Assembly: GCA_963732385.1 (NCBI GenBank) | Contig: CAVSZB010000002.1 | Location: forward strand, 64,001 to 128,000 | DNA from: an uncultured bacterium | GTDB taxonomy: Bacteria; Krumholzibacteriota; Krumholzibacteriia; LZORAL124-64-63 | Length of the DNA: 64,000 nucleotides | Direction of reading: 5' to 3' | Shown here: positions 1 to 9,030 of the stretch, in pieces | How the letters are laid out: every line of letters starts with the position of its first letter | How positions within the stretch are numbered: the first letter of the stretch is position 1 | Position numbers and translations under genes: made by a program | The notes under the pieces: model-generated | Databases searched by the model: none | The model's input: only the letters and a program-made list of their open reading frames with translations | What the model was told of the DNA's origin: nothing

Positions 1-553
1 CCTGGCGCAGGTGCGGGTCGCGCATGTAATCCGACACCACCGAATGCACCGAGCGGTGGCTCTTGAGGCGGATAAGCTGTGGTGCGACGCGCAGCATGCT
101 CCAGATATCCTGGAAAGGCACGGTGCCCAGTTTCAGGTAGCCCTCACGGAACACCTCTTCGGAAAAATCCAGGAAGCGCCGGTAACCATCGGCATCAGCC
201 GGACTGATGCGTGCGATGGCCGCACTCACCGCATCGACGTCGGCGTTGTATTCGAGGCTGACACCGTCCGGCCAGACCAGGCGATAAAAGGGATCGACCG
301 GCAGCATGTCGACGTAGTCGCCGATGGCGCGCCCGCTCAGCGCAAACAGCTCCTCGATCGCATTGGGGGCCGTCACGACCGTCGGGCCGGCATCGAAGCG
401 AAAGCCATCCTGCTCGTAGACATAGGCGCGACCGCCGGGCCGGTCGCGCTGCTCGAGCAGGATCGTGCGCACGCCGGCCGACTGCAGCCGGATGGCCAGC
501 GCCAGCCCGCCAAAACCGGCACCGATCACTACCACGCGCGGCGGCTGCATCAT
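1..553 (-). CDS. crtI: Phytoene desaturase (5' part; runs off window start)
   Basis: Not in the ORF track. Manual minus-strand translation from ATG 553 gives MMQPPRVVVIGAGFGGLALAIRLQSAG...PGGRAYVYEQDGFRFDAGPTVVT, the CrtI N-terminal FAD-binding motif. ATGA overlap with the crtY stop. Confidence 0.93.
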   Translation of the reverse strand, partial: MMQPPRVVVIGAGFGGLALAIRLQSAGVRTILLEQRDRPGGRAYVYEQDGFRFDAGPTVVTAPNAIEELFALSGRAIGDYVDMLPVDPFYRLVWPDGVSLEYNADVDAVSAAIARISPADADGYRRFLDFSEEVFREGYLKLGTVPFQDIWSMLRVAPQLIRLKSHRSVHSVVSDYMRDPHLRQ

Positions 554-1725
554 GCAGCGCCGATCCGGCTGGCCGAAGGCGGCAGGCAACGCAGGGCGCG
601 CAGCACCGGCACCGGCGGCCTGCCGCTGAGGATCTGCCGCGCGTCATTGAGGCTGATCCGGCCCGCATAGAAACGCTCGATCACCGGCTGGGGCAGGCGA
701 TAGAAGTGCTGCAACACCCGGTAGCGCTCTGCAGGCGCGGCGGCCAGGAACAGCATGCGGTTCAGCATGCGGAACAGGCGCTGGGCCTGCCAGCGGCGCT
801 GCGCACGGTCACGGATCCACGGACCGACATGTGCACTGGACAGATCAGCAACGCCGGCCAGATCATCGGCGAGCGCGGCAGCCTCCGGCAGCGAGTAGCC
901 GGTGGTGTGATGAAACAGCCCGGCGCGCAGACCCGAACGCGGCAATCCGGCATCGGCCAGCGGCCAGAAGCTGTCGAAATCGGCATCGAGAACGATCGGC
1001 AATACACCACGCTCCTCCCGGATAATTTCGCGCGCGCCCCAGCCGCGTGTGGACACATAGCTCTGGATATTAGACCGGAGCGATGCTGCGTCCAGATCCG
1101 GCGTATCGCTGTAGTAGGTGTCTTCGACCAGCAGCCGGTCAGGCCCGAAGGGTAGCAGGTAGACGAAGCGATAGCCGTCCTGCTGCGCCACCGTCGCGTC
1201 CATGAGCAGCGGACCGGTCAGTCCGTGTGGCGCAATGAGCCGCAGCTCCTGGCCGAGAAATTTCTGGTAGCGGAGCACCAGGCCGGCACTCTCGTTGGCG
1301 CCGCGCCCGTCGATCACCAGCCGCGCGCCGAGCGTCTGGCCGTCGGCCAGCTGTACGGTCTGTGGCCCGGTGTGCAGCGCCGGCATTTCGCACCGGATCT
1401 CGACGCCCGGCAAAGCCGACACCGCCTGCGCCAGCTTCGTCGAGCTCAGCGTGTAGTAGCGGCCATCGATGCGCCGCTGCCGCTCGGGGAAGCAAACCTC
1501 GTAGTGCGACCAGCCGTGGTCGGCAAGCGGCAGCAGCCACTCGCGTTCGGCGGGTCGCAGATCGCTGCCATGAAAAGACCAGGTGTGATTGCCGCCGGGT
1601 GCCGGGCCCGCTTCAAGCAGCGTGAGCTTCAGTTCCGGGCGCAGCGCATGCAGCCGCAGGGCAATCAGGCAGTTGGCGAGCCCGCCACCGACCAGCAAGA
1701 CATCGCTGTCGGATCTGCCGCTCAT
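550..1725 (-). CDS. crtY: Lycopene beta-cyclase
   Basis: LVGGGLAN, GGNHTWSF, YQKFLGQE, MDATVAQQDGYRFVY, IEDTYYS-like, FHHTTGYSLP motifs of CrtY; directly upstream of crtI. Confidence 0.95.
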   Translation of the reverse strand: MSGRSDSDVLLVGGGLANCLIALRLHALRPELKLTLLEAGPAPGGNHTWSFHGSDLRPAEREWLLPLADHGWSHYEVCFPERQRRIDGRYYTLSSTKLAQAVSALPGVEIRCEMPALHTGPQTVQLADGQTLGARLVIDGRGANESAGLVLRYQKFLGQELRLIAPHGLTGPLLMDATVAQQDGYRFVYLLPFGPDRLLVEDTYYSDTPDLDAASLRSNIQSYVSTRGWGAREIIREERGVLPIVLDADFDSFWPLADAGLPRSGLRAGLFHHTTGYSLPEAAALADDLAGVADLSSAHVGPWIRDRAQRRWQAQRLFRMLNRMLFLAAAPAERYRVLQHFYRLPQPVIERFYAGRISLNDARQILSGRPPVPVLRALRCLPPSASRIGAA

Positions 1726-2210
1726 TGCGCAAGCAGCTTTTCAATGACCGGCGTGATGCTGGCCTCACGCTCGGCGCTGAAGCGGCCGCGCAGGCGGGTC
1801 ACAAGCGTGCCAGCCTGGTCAAATACCAGCAGGTTCGGTGCCGTCGTATCCAGGCCGTAAGCGCTAGCCCAGCGACGTTCGACATCGATGAGCACCGGCA
1901 CATTGGCAGGCACCCTTTTCTGCAAGGTTGCGCTCACCCGGGCCATGTCGACCGGTCCTCCGGCCGGCAACTGCGCGATGTTCAGAAAGCGCAGCTGGGG
2001 ATAGCGCCCTCCCAGCGCCTCGCCCCAGCGCTGGATGGTCGACAGGCGCCGCACATCGACCACGATCGCCACGACGACCGCACCCCGGTGCGCCGCCAGC
2101 GAACCGGTATTGCCGAACTGGTCGGGCAACGACGCCTCGATGCCTGCCTCCGCAGCCATGCAGCGCACAGCGCACAACACCAGCAGCAGCGTCCCGGCGA
2201 CATGGCGCAT
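1722..2210 (-). CDS. Hypothetical exported protein, thioredoxin/peroxiredoxin-like fold without CxxC
   Basis: Signal-peptide-like N-terminus, LPDQFG and LLVFDQAG segments; ATGA overlap with crtY. Start uncertain (2210-2261). Confidence 0.55.
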   Translation of the reverse strand: MRHVAGTLLLVLCAVRCMAAEAGIEASLPDQFGNTGSLAAHRGAVVVAIVVDVRRLSTIQRWGEALGGRYPQLRFLNIAQLPAGGPVDMARVSATLQKRVPANVPVLIDVERRWASAYGLDTTAPNLLVFDQAGTLVTRLRGRFSAEREASITPVIEKLLAQ

Positions 2211-2350
2211 GGATGGCAGCGGTGCAACGGGCATGGAGGCACAACGCTCTCGGCGCGCCACGGACGGACGCGATCAGCACATTGTACCGGTGCTGCGCTT
2301 GCTGATGCGCTCAGCGCAGAATATTCAGTACCGGCAAACCCGGCGGTGGC

Positions 2351-2635
2351 TCAGAACTGGAAACGCCAGCCGACATAGACTTCTTCGGAATCGGGATCGA
2401 TGTTGAACTGCAAACCCGGCTGCGGCTCTTCGGGGAGAAATGATTCGCCGACTCGCCGGACGGTCGCCGTGCCCTGCTCCAGCAAGGTCCCCAACAGGTG
2501 CCGGATCTCGAGTTCCCGGGTGCTCATCGTCAAGGCTTCGTCCGGAGCACCCGAAGCCGACTGCAGGTTGTCGGCCATCACGGCTCCCGGCTGCACCAGC
2601 AGTACCGCCACGAACATCGCGCGCAGAACGTTCAT
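2351..2635 (-). CDS. Hypothetical exported protein
   Basis: Signal peptide MNVLRAMFVAVLLVQPGAVMA; C-terminus ends in an alternating aromatic motif (YVGWRFQF). Confidence 0.55.
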   Translation of the reverse strand: MNVLRAMFVAVLLVQPGAVMADNLQSASGAPDEALTMSTRELEIRHLLGTLLEQGTATVRRVGESFLPEEPQPGLQFNIDPDSEEVYVGWRFQF

Positions 2636-2810
2636 CAGACACCACCCGATACGGAACCGCGGCCCATTGCGATTCCTCACCCGGCAGCAACCTTAGTCGG
2701 GTGACGGACAGCGAACGCCGACCGCGTTCACTGTTCAGGCGTACATCGGCACGCAAAAACGGATTCGGTAAAACCACGCCCGCATAAGTCAAACGAGCAA
2801 TGCAGCAATG

Positions 2811-2840
2811 AAAAAAGGGAGCTCTCGCTCCCTTTTCTTT
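2811..2840. terminator. Bidirectional Rho-independent terminator after hsp20
   Basis: AAAAGGGAGC-tctc-GCTCCCTTTT perfect stem with A/T tracts on both sides. Confidence 0.85.
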
Positions 2841-3283
2841 CAGCGCACCTGGACCTCGATGGGTCTGGGCTTTTTCGCTTCGGTCTTCGGCATGCGCACG
2901 GTCAGCACACCGTCTTTGGCGTCGGCCTGGATCCTCGCCTCATCGACATCCGCCGGCAGACTGAAGCTGCGGGCAAAGCTGCCATAAAAAGACTCGATCC
3001 GGTGATGCTTCTCCTTGTCTTCGCGGGTTTCCAGCCGACGCTCACCGCGAATGGTGATCACGCCTTCGTGCACGGAGACATCGATGTCCTTCTTGTCGAC
3101 CTCGGGCAACTCGGCCTTGATCAGATAGGCCTCCGGCGTTTCCGAGATGTTCGCCACCGGCCGCCATTCAACACTGCTGTCGCCTGCCTCGGCCGCAGGC
3201 CGCGCCGAGCGGCCCAGCACCCGGCTGTACTGGTTGAAAAGGTCGTCCAGTTCGCGCAAGGGGCTCCAACTTACCAGCGTCAT
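2840..3283 (-). CDS. Hsp20/alpha-crystallin small heat-shock protein
   Basis: AELPEV..DIDV, YGSFARSFSLP and DGVLTVRMPK alpha-crystallin motifs; SD GAGGAGG. Confidence 0.95.
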   Translation of the reverse strand: MTLVSWSPLRELDDLFNQYSRVLGRSARPAAEAGDSSVEWRPVANISETPEAYLIKAELPEVDKKDIDVSVHEGVITIRGERRLETREDKEKHHRIESFYGSFARSFSLPADVDEARIQADAKDGVLTVRMPKTEAKKPRPIEVQVR

Positions 3284-3339
3284 ACTGCATCCTCCTCATG
3301 GGTTGTCGCGCAACGTAACGCACGTCGCGCATAGGCCAG

Positions 3340-3367
3340 ATGTAGGGGCAATGCCGGTATTTTCAAG
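3340..3367 (-). promoter_or_regulatory. Putative sigma32 (RpoH) promoter of hsp20
   Basis: Minus strand CTTGAAA-N13-CCCTACAT resembles the RpoH -35/-10 consensus upstream of a heat-shock gene. Confidence 0.65.
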
Positions 3368-3376
3368 CCCCGCCGG

Positions 3377-4561
3377 TCAATCCCCCAGCGCGTTGCGCAG
3401 TGCGTCGATCAGGTCATCGGCATCTTCCAGGCCGACCGACAAGCGCACGAGGCCATCGGTGATCCCGACCCGCTGCCGCTCGGCTGCTTCCACATCGGCA
3501 TGGGTCATGGTCACCGGATGGGTGATCAGTGACTCGACGGAACCGAGGTTCTCGGCCAGCGTCCACAGCTTGATGCGATCCATCAGGGCCTTGCCGGCCG
3601 CCACACCGCCCTTGACCTCAAACCAGATCATCGCGCCAAAGCCGGAGGCCTGGCGTTTGGCCAGTTCATGTTGCGGGAAGTTTTCCAGGCCCGGGTAGCT
3701 GACCTGCGCAACCTTCGGATGGGTAGCAAGAAAGCGTGCGATCGCCATGGCATTGGCAGCCTGCCGGTCCATGCGCACGGACAGCGTCTTGCAACCCTGC
3801 AGCGTCAGCCAGGCAACCTGCGGCGACATGATCATGCCGGTGGCGTTCATGATGAAACGCACCGCGCTGCCCTGTGCCTCGTTGCTGACGACGATGGCAC
3901 CGCCGACCGTGGCGTTGTGACCGTCGAAATACTTGGTGGTGCTGTGCACGACCATGTCCGCACCCAGTTCCAGCGGCCGCTGGTAGTACGGCGTCAGAAA
4001 GGTGTTGTCCACCGCATGCGGAATGCCATGTGCACGCGCCAGTGCCGAAACCGCCGCGAGATCGGTGAGCTTGAGCGTGGGATTGGCCGGCGTCTCGGTG
4101 AGGATCAGCTTCGTGTTGCTGCGGATCGCCTTGCGCACGCTGTCGGCATCGGAGGTATCGACGAAGGAAAACTCCACGCCGAAACGCGAATAGATCTTCG
4201 TGCTCAGGCGATAGGTGCCGCCGTAGACCACATCCGAAACGATCGCGTGATCGCCGGCACTCAGGAAGGCGAGGAACAGGCCATTGATGGCCGCCATGCC
4301 GGTACCAAAGCAGATGCAGTCGCTGCCGCCCTCGAGGTCGGTCAGTTTCTGCTCCAGCGCTCGCACGGTCGGATTGGCGGAGCGCGAATAGGAATATCCC
4401 TTTGCCAGGTAACGATCCACCGACTCCTGGACGTAGGTCGTGGTCTGGTAGATCGGCGTGAGAATGGCGCCGGTCAACGGATCCGGCACGACGCCGGCAT
4501 GCACCTGGCGCGTGGTAAATCCGGGCTTGGCCGGTCCGGCGGGACGCTGGTCACTGCTCAT
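3377..4561 (-). CDS. metB: PLP-dependent trans-sulfuration enzyme (cystathionine gamma-synthase/lyase family)
   Basis: YSRSANPT, ETPANP, DNTF, HSTTKYFDGH (PLP lysine), LAENLGSVESL, RLSVGLED. Exact paralog (metB/metC/megL) uncertain. Confidence 0.85.
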   Translation of the reverse strand: MSSDQRPAGPAKPGFTTRQVHAGVVPDPLTGAILTPIYQTTTYVQESVDRYLAKGYSYSRSANPTVRALEQKLTDLEGGSDCICFGTGMAAINGLFLAFLSAGDHAIVSDVVYGGTYRLSTKIYSRFGVEFSFVDTSDADSVRKAIRSNTKLILTETPANPTLKLTDLAAVSALARAHGIPHAVDNTFLTPYYQRPLELGADMVVHSTTKYFDGHNATVGGAIVVSNEAQGSAVRFIMNATGMIMSPQVAWLTLQGCKTLSVRMDRQAANAMAIARFLATHPKVAQVSYPGLENFPQHELAKRQASGFGAMIWFEVKGGVAAGKALMDRIKLWTLAENLGSVESLITHPVTMTHADVEAAERQRVGITDGLVRLSVGLEDADDLIDALRNALGD

Positions 4562-4700
4562 GGTCTGGAACTCCTGGCCACCCTGCCCTGCGGCATCCGG
4601 GTGCTTCACGTGGCTTTGGGGCCGCATAGTTTATACGGGAAGCCGCTTGCCCGAGGCCCCTGCTTTGGCCGATCATGAATGCTCTGATGCGGAGGGACAC

Positions 4701-5045
4701 ATGAGCGACAGTGCCTGGCAAGTCTTCAAGGTCGACGAACTGGCCGCGCGGGTTGCCGGGAACGAGCCCCGATTCCTGGAGTTTCTGCGCGTCCCGACGC
4801 TGTCCTGTGCGGTCTACCGGCTGCCCGCCGGGGCACGCGACATGCAGGCCCCGCACCTGGAAGACGAGGTCTATTTCGTGGTCAGCGGCCGGGCCAGGTT
4901 ACGGGTGGCCGGGCAGGACCACGAAGCCGTGCCGGGCAGCATCCTCTACGTCAAAGCCACCTCCGAGCACTCGTTCTTCGATATCGAGGAAGATTTGACG
5001 CTGATCGTGGTCTTCGGGCAAACCAAACCGCTCTGGCAAAGCTAG
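4701..5045 (+). CDS. Cupin domain protein
   Basis: PHLEDEVYFVVSG and EHSF cupin metal motifs; SD GGAGG before ATG 4701. Confidence 0.8.
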   Translation: MSDSAWQVFKVDELAARVAGNEPRFLEFLRVPTLSCAVYRLPAGARDMQAPHLEDEVYFVVSGRARLRVAGQDHEAVPGSILYVKATSEHSFFDIEEDLTLIVVFGQTKPLWQS

Positions 5046-5102
5046 CCGGGTCGTACCGCGCTGGGGACACTGGCAGGATGCGCGCTCGCGTGCTTCCCGC
5101 GA

Positions 5103-7145
5103 TCAGAGAGTTTCCATCGCACCGATATCGGCCTGGGCCTCCGGGTTGCGTGTCACGCCAAGCTGATCGGCTGCAAGTCGCGAGATGGTCGGGCCACGCT
5201 CGAGCCACACGATCGTGCGCAGCAACGGGTTCTCGACGAGCGGGCCGGTCGCGAAAAGCGAAGCCCAGGCCTCATCACCCAGCCCTTCCTGCCCCATGCC
5301 GGGAATCGCCGCCTGAGCCAGCGCGGCATCGAGCCGATGCCAGAACTCGATGTAAGGATGGTTGTACAACTCACGCGGCCAGGTCTGTGCCGGGCCAAAA
5401 AACTGCGTCGCGGCGAGCGTCAGGATCGGATTGCCACCCGTGTCCCGGTAGGGCTGCAGTCCCGGCGTGCCGGTATCGATATCGACGGCTTGCAGGAAGG
5501 CCTCGAATTCAGCCTGGAAGGCTGACGCAAAGCCCGTGAGTCCATACTGCTGCTCGACCCTGCCGAGCACGATCGACAGGAAGTTGTCCTGCGCGCCGCT
5601 GGACACCTCGTATTCAGCCAGCACATCGTCCAGCCGGTAGCTGCTGGCCGGCACCTGGTCCAGCGCTGTTCCTGACGGCCGGTAGTGCAATGGTACAGCC
5701 TCACCGCTGGCCACGCCGACGGACGGAATGACGGGATCAGTCGTGATACCCGTAGCGAGGTCAATCACGTCGGCCAGGGCGATGCCGGTCTGGTCGCCCA
5801 CCTTCGGGTAGTGCCGCCGGCTCAGGGATTCCCAGCTGCGCTCGCCGACCGGGACCAGGATCTGTCCGAAGTCGAGCTGGCCGAAGCGGTTGTAACCGGC
5901 GCTGTGGAAGTGCAGCAGCGAACCGGTGAACAGGTCGTGTGCATAGGTCGCGCCGCCGATCTCGGTGACCGTGTTGCCGGCAACGATGGAGTGGCCGATC
6001 GTCATTCTCTCCACCGCATGTGCGTTGCCGACCGTCGCGGCGATACCACCCGCAAGGTTGCGGCGGCCGAGACTGTCGGTCCGTGCACGACCACGCACCG
6101 AGTTCTCGACGACCGTGACGCTCTGCAGTTCCATGTAACCGTTCGACATGTACAGGCCAGCGCCACGCCAGTACCCCATGTTGAGCAGGAATGGCGGCAG
6201 GCCGGCGGACGGCTCCGCCAGGTTGCGCGCCACCGTCGTGTTGGTGACCCGCAGCGTGTTGGCCTTGCCGATGCCGCCGCCATCCGAATAGATGCCGGCA
6301 CCGTAGACGAACAGGCCGCGGATGGCGTTGCCGCTCACTGCTGACGAATCGATCGTAGACAGCGTCCGCGTGCTGCCTGCCCCGCCGACCGAATAGATGC
6401 CACCGCCAGCCGCACCGGCACCGAGGGCCGAGTTGCCACTCACCACGCAGCGCTGCATGTCGACGATGTCGGCGTAAACCGCACCGCCGAACGCACCCCG
6501 ATCACGCGACGAGTCGAAATCGCCTTCCACGTGGTTGTCGAACAGGCGGCAATCGCGCAGGCGGGCAACACCCCAGACGGCAACCGCACCACCGCGCGCC
6601 AGCGTCCAGGGCTGGTCGCCGGGATTCGCGACCGCGAGCGGTTCCGCCACGCTGTGACCACCGGTGACGCCGACGTTGACCAGGCTCAGATTGCCCTCGA
6701 CTGCCAGCACCCGGGCCGGTGTACCGCCTGCCCAGGCCAGCGTGATGCCCGCCGGGAGATCTGCGGCGTCAATGGTCACGTTTTTGCGTGCGACGAGTGC
6801 GGATCGCCCGTAGTCCCGATCGAACCAGCCGACCAGGTAGGACACAGGTCCGCCCGGTTCATCACGCATGCCCATCACTTCGCCCTTGAGGCGGGTATGT
6901 TCATCGGCCACGATCGACAAGGCGATCGTGCCGCCGTCGAGACTGGGGTCGAAACGGATCACTTGCCCGGAAGCCGCCGCTGCGAGAGCAGAGCGCAGCG
7001 TCACCGTGCCTGACGGAGGGTCGGAATCGTCGAAAAGGCTGTTGACGACGACGGTGCTGTCAAACGTCGAGGACGAGCCACCGCCACCGCAGGCGGCGAG
7101 CAGCGCAAGGCTCACGAAGACAACAAACCGGAAGAGGATTCGCAC
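5103..7145 (-). CDS. Surface lipoprotein with CSLREA-like N-terminus, beta-helix repeats and choice-of-anchor-Q-like C-terminus
   Basis: GTG 7145, lipobox LLAAC followed by a Gly linker; VVNSLFD..TLRSAL; repeated GGAV/GGGI and SGN motifs; C-terminal DQLGVTR...DIGAME. Confidence 0.7.
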   Translation of the reverse strand: MRILFRFVVFVSLALLAACGGGGSSSTFDSTVVVNSLFDDSDPPSGTVTLRSALAAAASGQVIRFDPSLDGGTIALSIVADEHTRLKGEVMGMRDEPGGPVSYLVGWFDRDYGRSALVARKNVTIDAADLPAGITLAWAGGTPARVLAVEGNLSLVNVGVTGGHSVAEPLAVANPGDQPWTLARGGAVAVWGVARLRDCRLFDNHVEGDFDSSRDRGAFGGAVYADIVDMQRCVVSGNSALGAGAAGGGIYSVGGAGSTRTLSTIDSSAVSGNAIRGLFVYGAGIYSDGGGIGKANTLRVTNTTVARNLAEPSAGLPPFLLNMGYWRGAGLYMSNGYMELQSVTVVENSVRGRARTDSLGRRNLAGGIAATVGNAHAVERMTIGHSIVAGNTVTEIGGATYAHDLFTGSLLHFHSAGYNRFGQLDFGQILVPVGERSWESLSRRHYPKVGDQTGIALADVIDLATGITTDPVIPSVGVASGEAVPLHYRPSGTALDQVPASSYRLDDVLAEYEVSSGAQDNFLSIVLGRVEQQYGLTGFASAFQAEFEAFLQAVDIDTGTPGLQPYRDTGGNPILTLAATQFFGPAQTWPRELYNHPYIEFWHRLDAALAQAAIPGMGQEGLGDEAWASLFATGPLVENPLLRTIVWLERGPTISRLAADQLGVTRNPEAQADIGAMETL

Positions 7146-7151
7146 AACCCT

Positions 7152-7200
7152 AACCAAGCCAAATAAGCCAACTAAGCCAAATAAGCCAAACCCGGCACTA
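7152..7200. repeat. 9-bp tandem-unit element, copy 1: (AA[A/C][T/C]AAGCC)x4 + AAACCCGGCAC
   Basis: aaccaagcc aaataagcc aactaagcc aaataagcc aaacccggcac; abuts the TAG stop of the acyl-CoA dehydrogenase. Confidence 0.85.
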
Positions 7201-8988
7201 GAAGGCCGAGTCGGGGAACGCCACCAGCGCATCGGCGCCCGCTTCGATCGCACGCAGATACGCTGTCGCCAGCGGCGAGAACTGTCCGGCATAAAAGTCC
7301 GCTGTGATCAGTTTTGCCGCCAGGAACTCCCGCTCGGCCTCGCTCGCCGCTGCGCTGGCAGCCAGCTTTTCGCTGGCTATGACTGCCGCGCGTGCCAGCT
7401 GCCAGCCACCCGTGACGGTGCCGAGCAGCATCAGCATGCTGTTTGCGACCGCGCCCGGCACCGCCGGATGCTGCGCGTAATTCGCGGCCAGCCAGCGACC
7501 TGCAGCCTCGACGCTGGCACAGCCCTCGGCATGCGCCTTGCGCACCGCGGCCAGCGCCGGGTGGCGGGCGAGATCAGCGTCGGTCGCCTGCATATCAGCC
7601 AGCAGAGCCACCAGCGAAGCCCCGCCGTCGCGCAGGATCTTGCGCGCAACCAGATCGTTGGCCTGGATGCCGGTGGTGCCCTCGTAGATCGTCGTTATGC
7701 GCGCATCGCGCAGATACTGTGCGGCACCAGTTTCTTCCGCATAACCCATGCCGCCGTGTATCTGCACGCCCAGCGAGGTCAGCAGCTGGCCGATCTCGGT
7801 ACACCAGCCCTTGACCACCGGCGTCATCAGTTCGACCCGCGCCTGGTGATGCGCGCGCGTCGCCGCATCGACATGCCGCATGCTGATATCGAGATCGGCT
7901 GCGGTGACATAGGCGATGCTGCGCATCGCCTCTATATATGACTTCATTGTCAGCAGCATGCGCCGCACATCGGCGTGCTGGATGATGGCGGCACGTCCCT
8001 GCTGCCCGGGCACCTTGCCCTGCACGCGCTCGCGCGCATAGCTGCGCGCCTTCTGGTACGCACGCTCGGCCACCGCCACGCCTTCGAGGCCGACACCGAG
8101 GCGCGCGTGATTCATCATGGTAAACATCGCGGCAAGACCGTTGTTCAGCTCGCCGACCAGGTAGCCGACGGCATTCTCGAAAGCCATCACGCAGGTCGGG
8201 CTGCCATGGATGCCGAGCTTGTGCTCCACCGACACCGGCCGCACGCCATTGCGCTCGCCGGGCGTGCCATCGGCCTTCAGCAGGAATTTCGGTGCCAGAA
8301 ACAGCGAAATGCCGCGCACGCCCGGCGGCGCGTCCGGCAACCGGGCGAGCACCAGGTGCACGACGTTCTCCGTCATGTCGTGATCGCCCCAGGTGATGAA
8401 GATCTTCTGCCCGGTGATCCGGTAGTGATCGCCTTCAGGCACCGCCTGGGTGCGCAGGGCGGCGAGATCGGAGCCGGCCTGCGGCTCGGTCAGGTTCATG
8501 GTGCCGGTCCACTCGCCCGCCACCATCTTCGGCAGATAGGCCTTGCGCAGCCCTTCCGAGGCATGGGCTTCGATCGCCCGGGCGGCGCCTTCGGTGAGCA
8601 GCGGACACAGCGACCAGGCGAGGTTCGCCGAACACCACATTTCCTCGACTGCCACACCGAGCAGGAAGGGCAAGCCCTGGCCGCCGTACTCGGCAGGCGC
8701 GGTAACGCCCGCCCAGCCACCGGACTGATACTCGCGATAGGCCGCCTTGAATTCGCCTGGAACAATGACGCCACCATGCTCGACCCGGCTGCCCTGCCGG
8801 TCACCGATCACATTGGTGGGGGCAATCACGCCACCGGCCAGCTCGGCGGCCTGTTCCAGGATGGCTTCCGCCAGATCCGGCGTGGCTTCCTCGCCGCCCG
8901 GCAAGGCCGCGACCCGATCGAGGCCGGCGAGTTCGCGGATCACAAACAGCATTTCGCGGACGGGACCGTGATATTCAGGCATCGTCAT
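7198..8988 (-). CDS. Acyl-CoA dehydrogenase (long FadE5/DmdC-like)
   Basis: GTMNLTEPQAGSDL, GQKIFITWG, EHKLGIHGSPTC, QIHGGMG, IYEGTTGIQANDL. Confidence 0.93.
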   Translation of the reverse strand: MTMPEYHGPVREMLFVIRELAGLDRVAALPGGEEATPDLAEAILEQAAELAGGVIAPTNVIGDRQGSRVEHGGVIVPGEFKAAYREYQSGGWAGVTAPAEYGGQGLPFLLGVAVEEMWCSANLAWSLCPLLTEGAARAIEAHASEGLRKAYLPKMVAGEWTGTMNLTEPQAGSDLAALRTQAVPEGDHYRITGQKIFITWGDHDMTENVVHLVLARLPDAPPGVRGISLFLAPKFLLKADGTPGERNGVRPVSVEHKLGIHGSPTCVMAFENAVGYLVGELNNGLAAMFTMMNHARLGVGLEGVAVAERAYQKARSYARERVQGKVPGQQGRAAIIQHADVRRMLLTMKSYIEAMRSIAYVTAADLDISMRHVDAATRAHHQARVELMTPVVKGWCTEIGQLLTSLGVQIHGGMGYAEETGAAQYLRDARITTIYEGTTGIQANDLVARKILRDGGASLVALLADMQATDADLARHPALAAVRKAHAEGCASVEAAGRWLAANYAQHPAVPGAVANSMLMLLGTVTGGWQLARAAVIASEKLAASAAASEAEREFLAAKLITADFYAGQFSPLATAYLRAIEAGADALVAFPDSAF

Positions 8989-9030
8989 CTGGCTCTATCT
9001 GGTGCGTCCTGGCGGCGGCGATGGCGGCCC

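Noticed and set aside
4562..4637. SAM-II (SAM-alpha) riboswitch suggested by GCCACGT
   Set aside because: The upstream CGTGGTGATTT and downstream GCTAAA elements are missing.
7146..7154. Telomere-like TTAGGG on the minus strand
   Set aside because: A single occurrence, explained as a degenerate unit of the 9-bp array.
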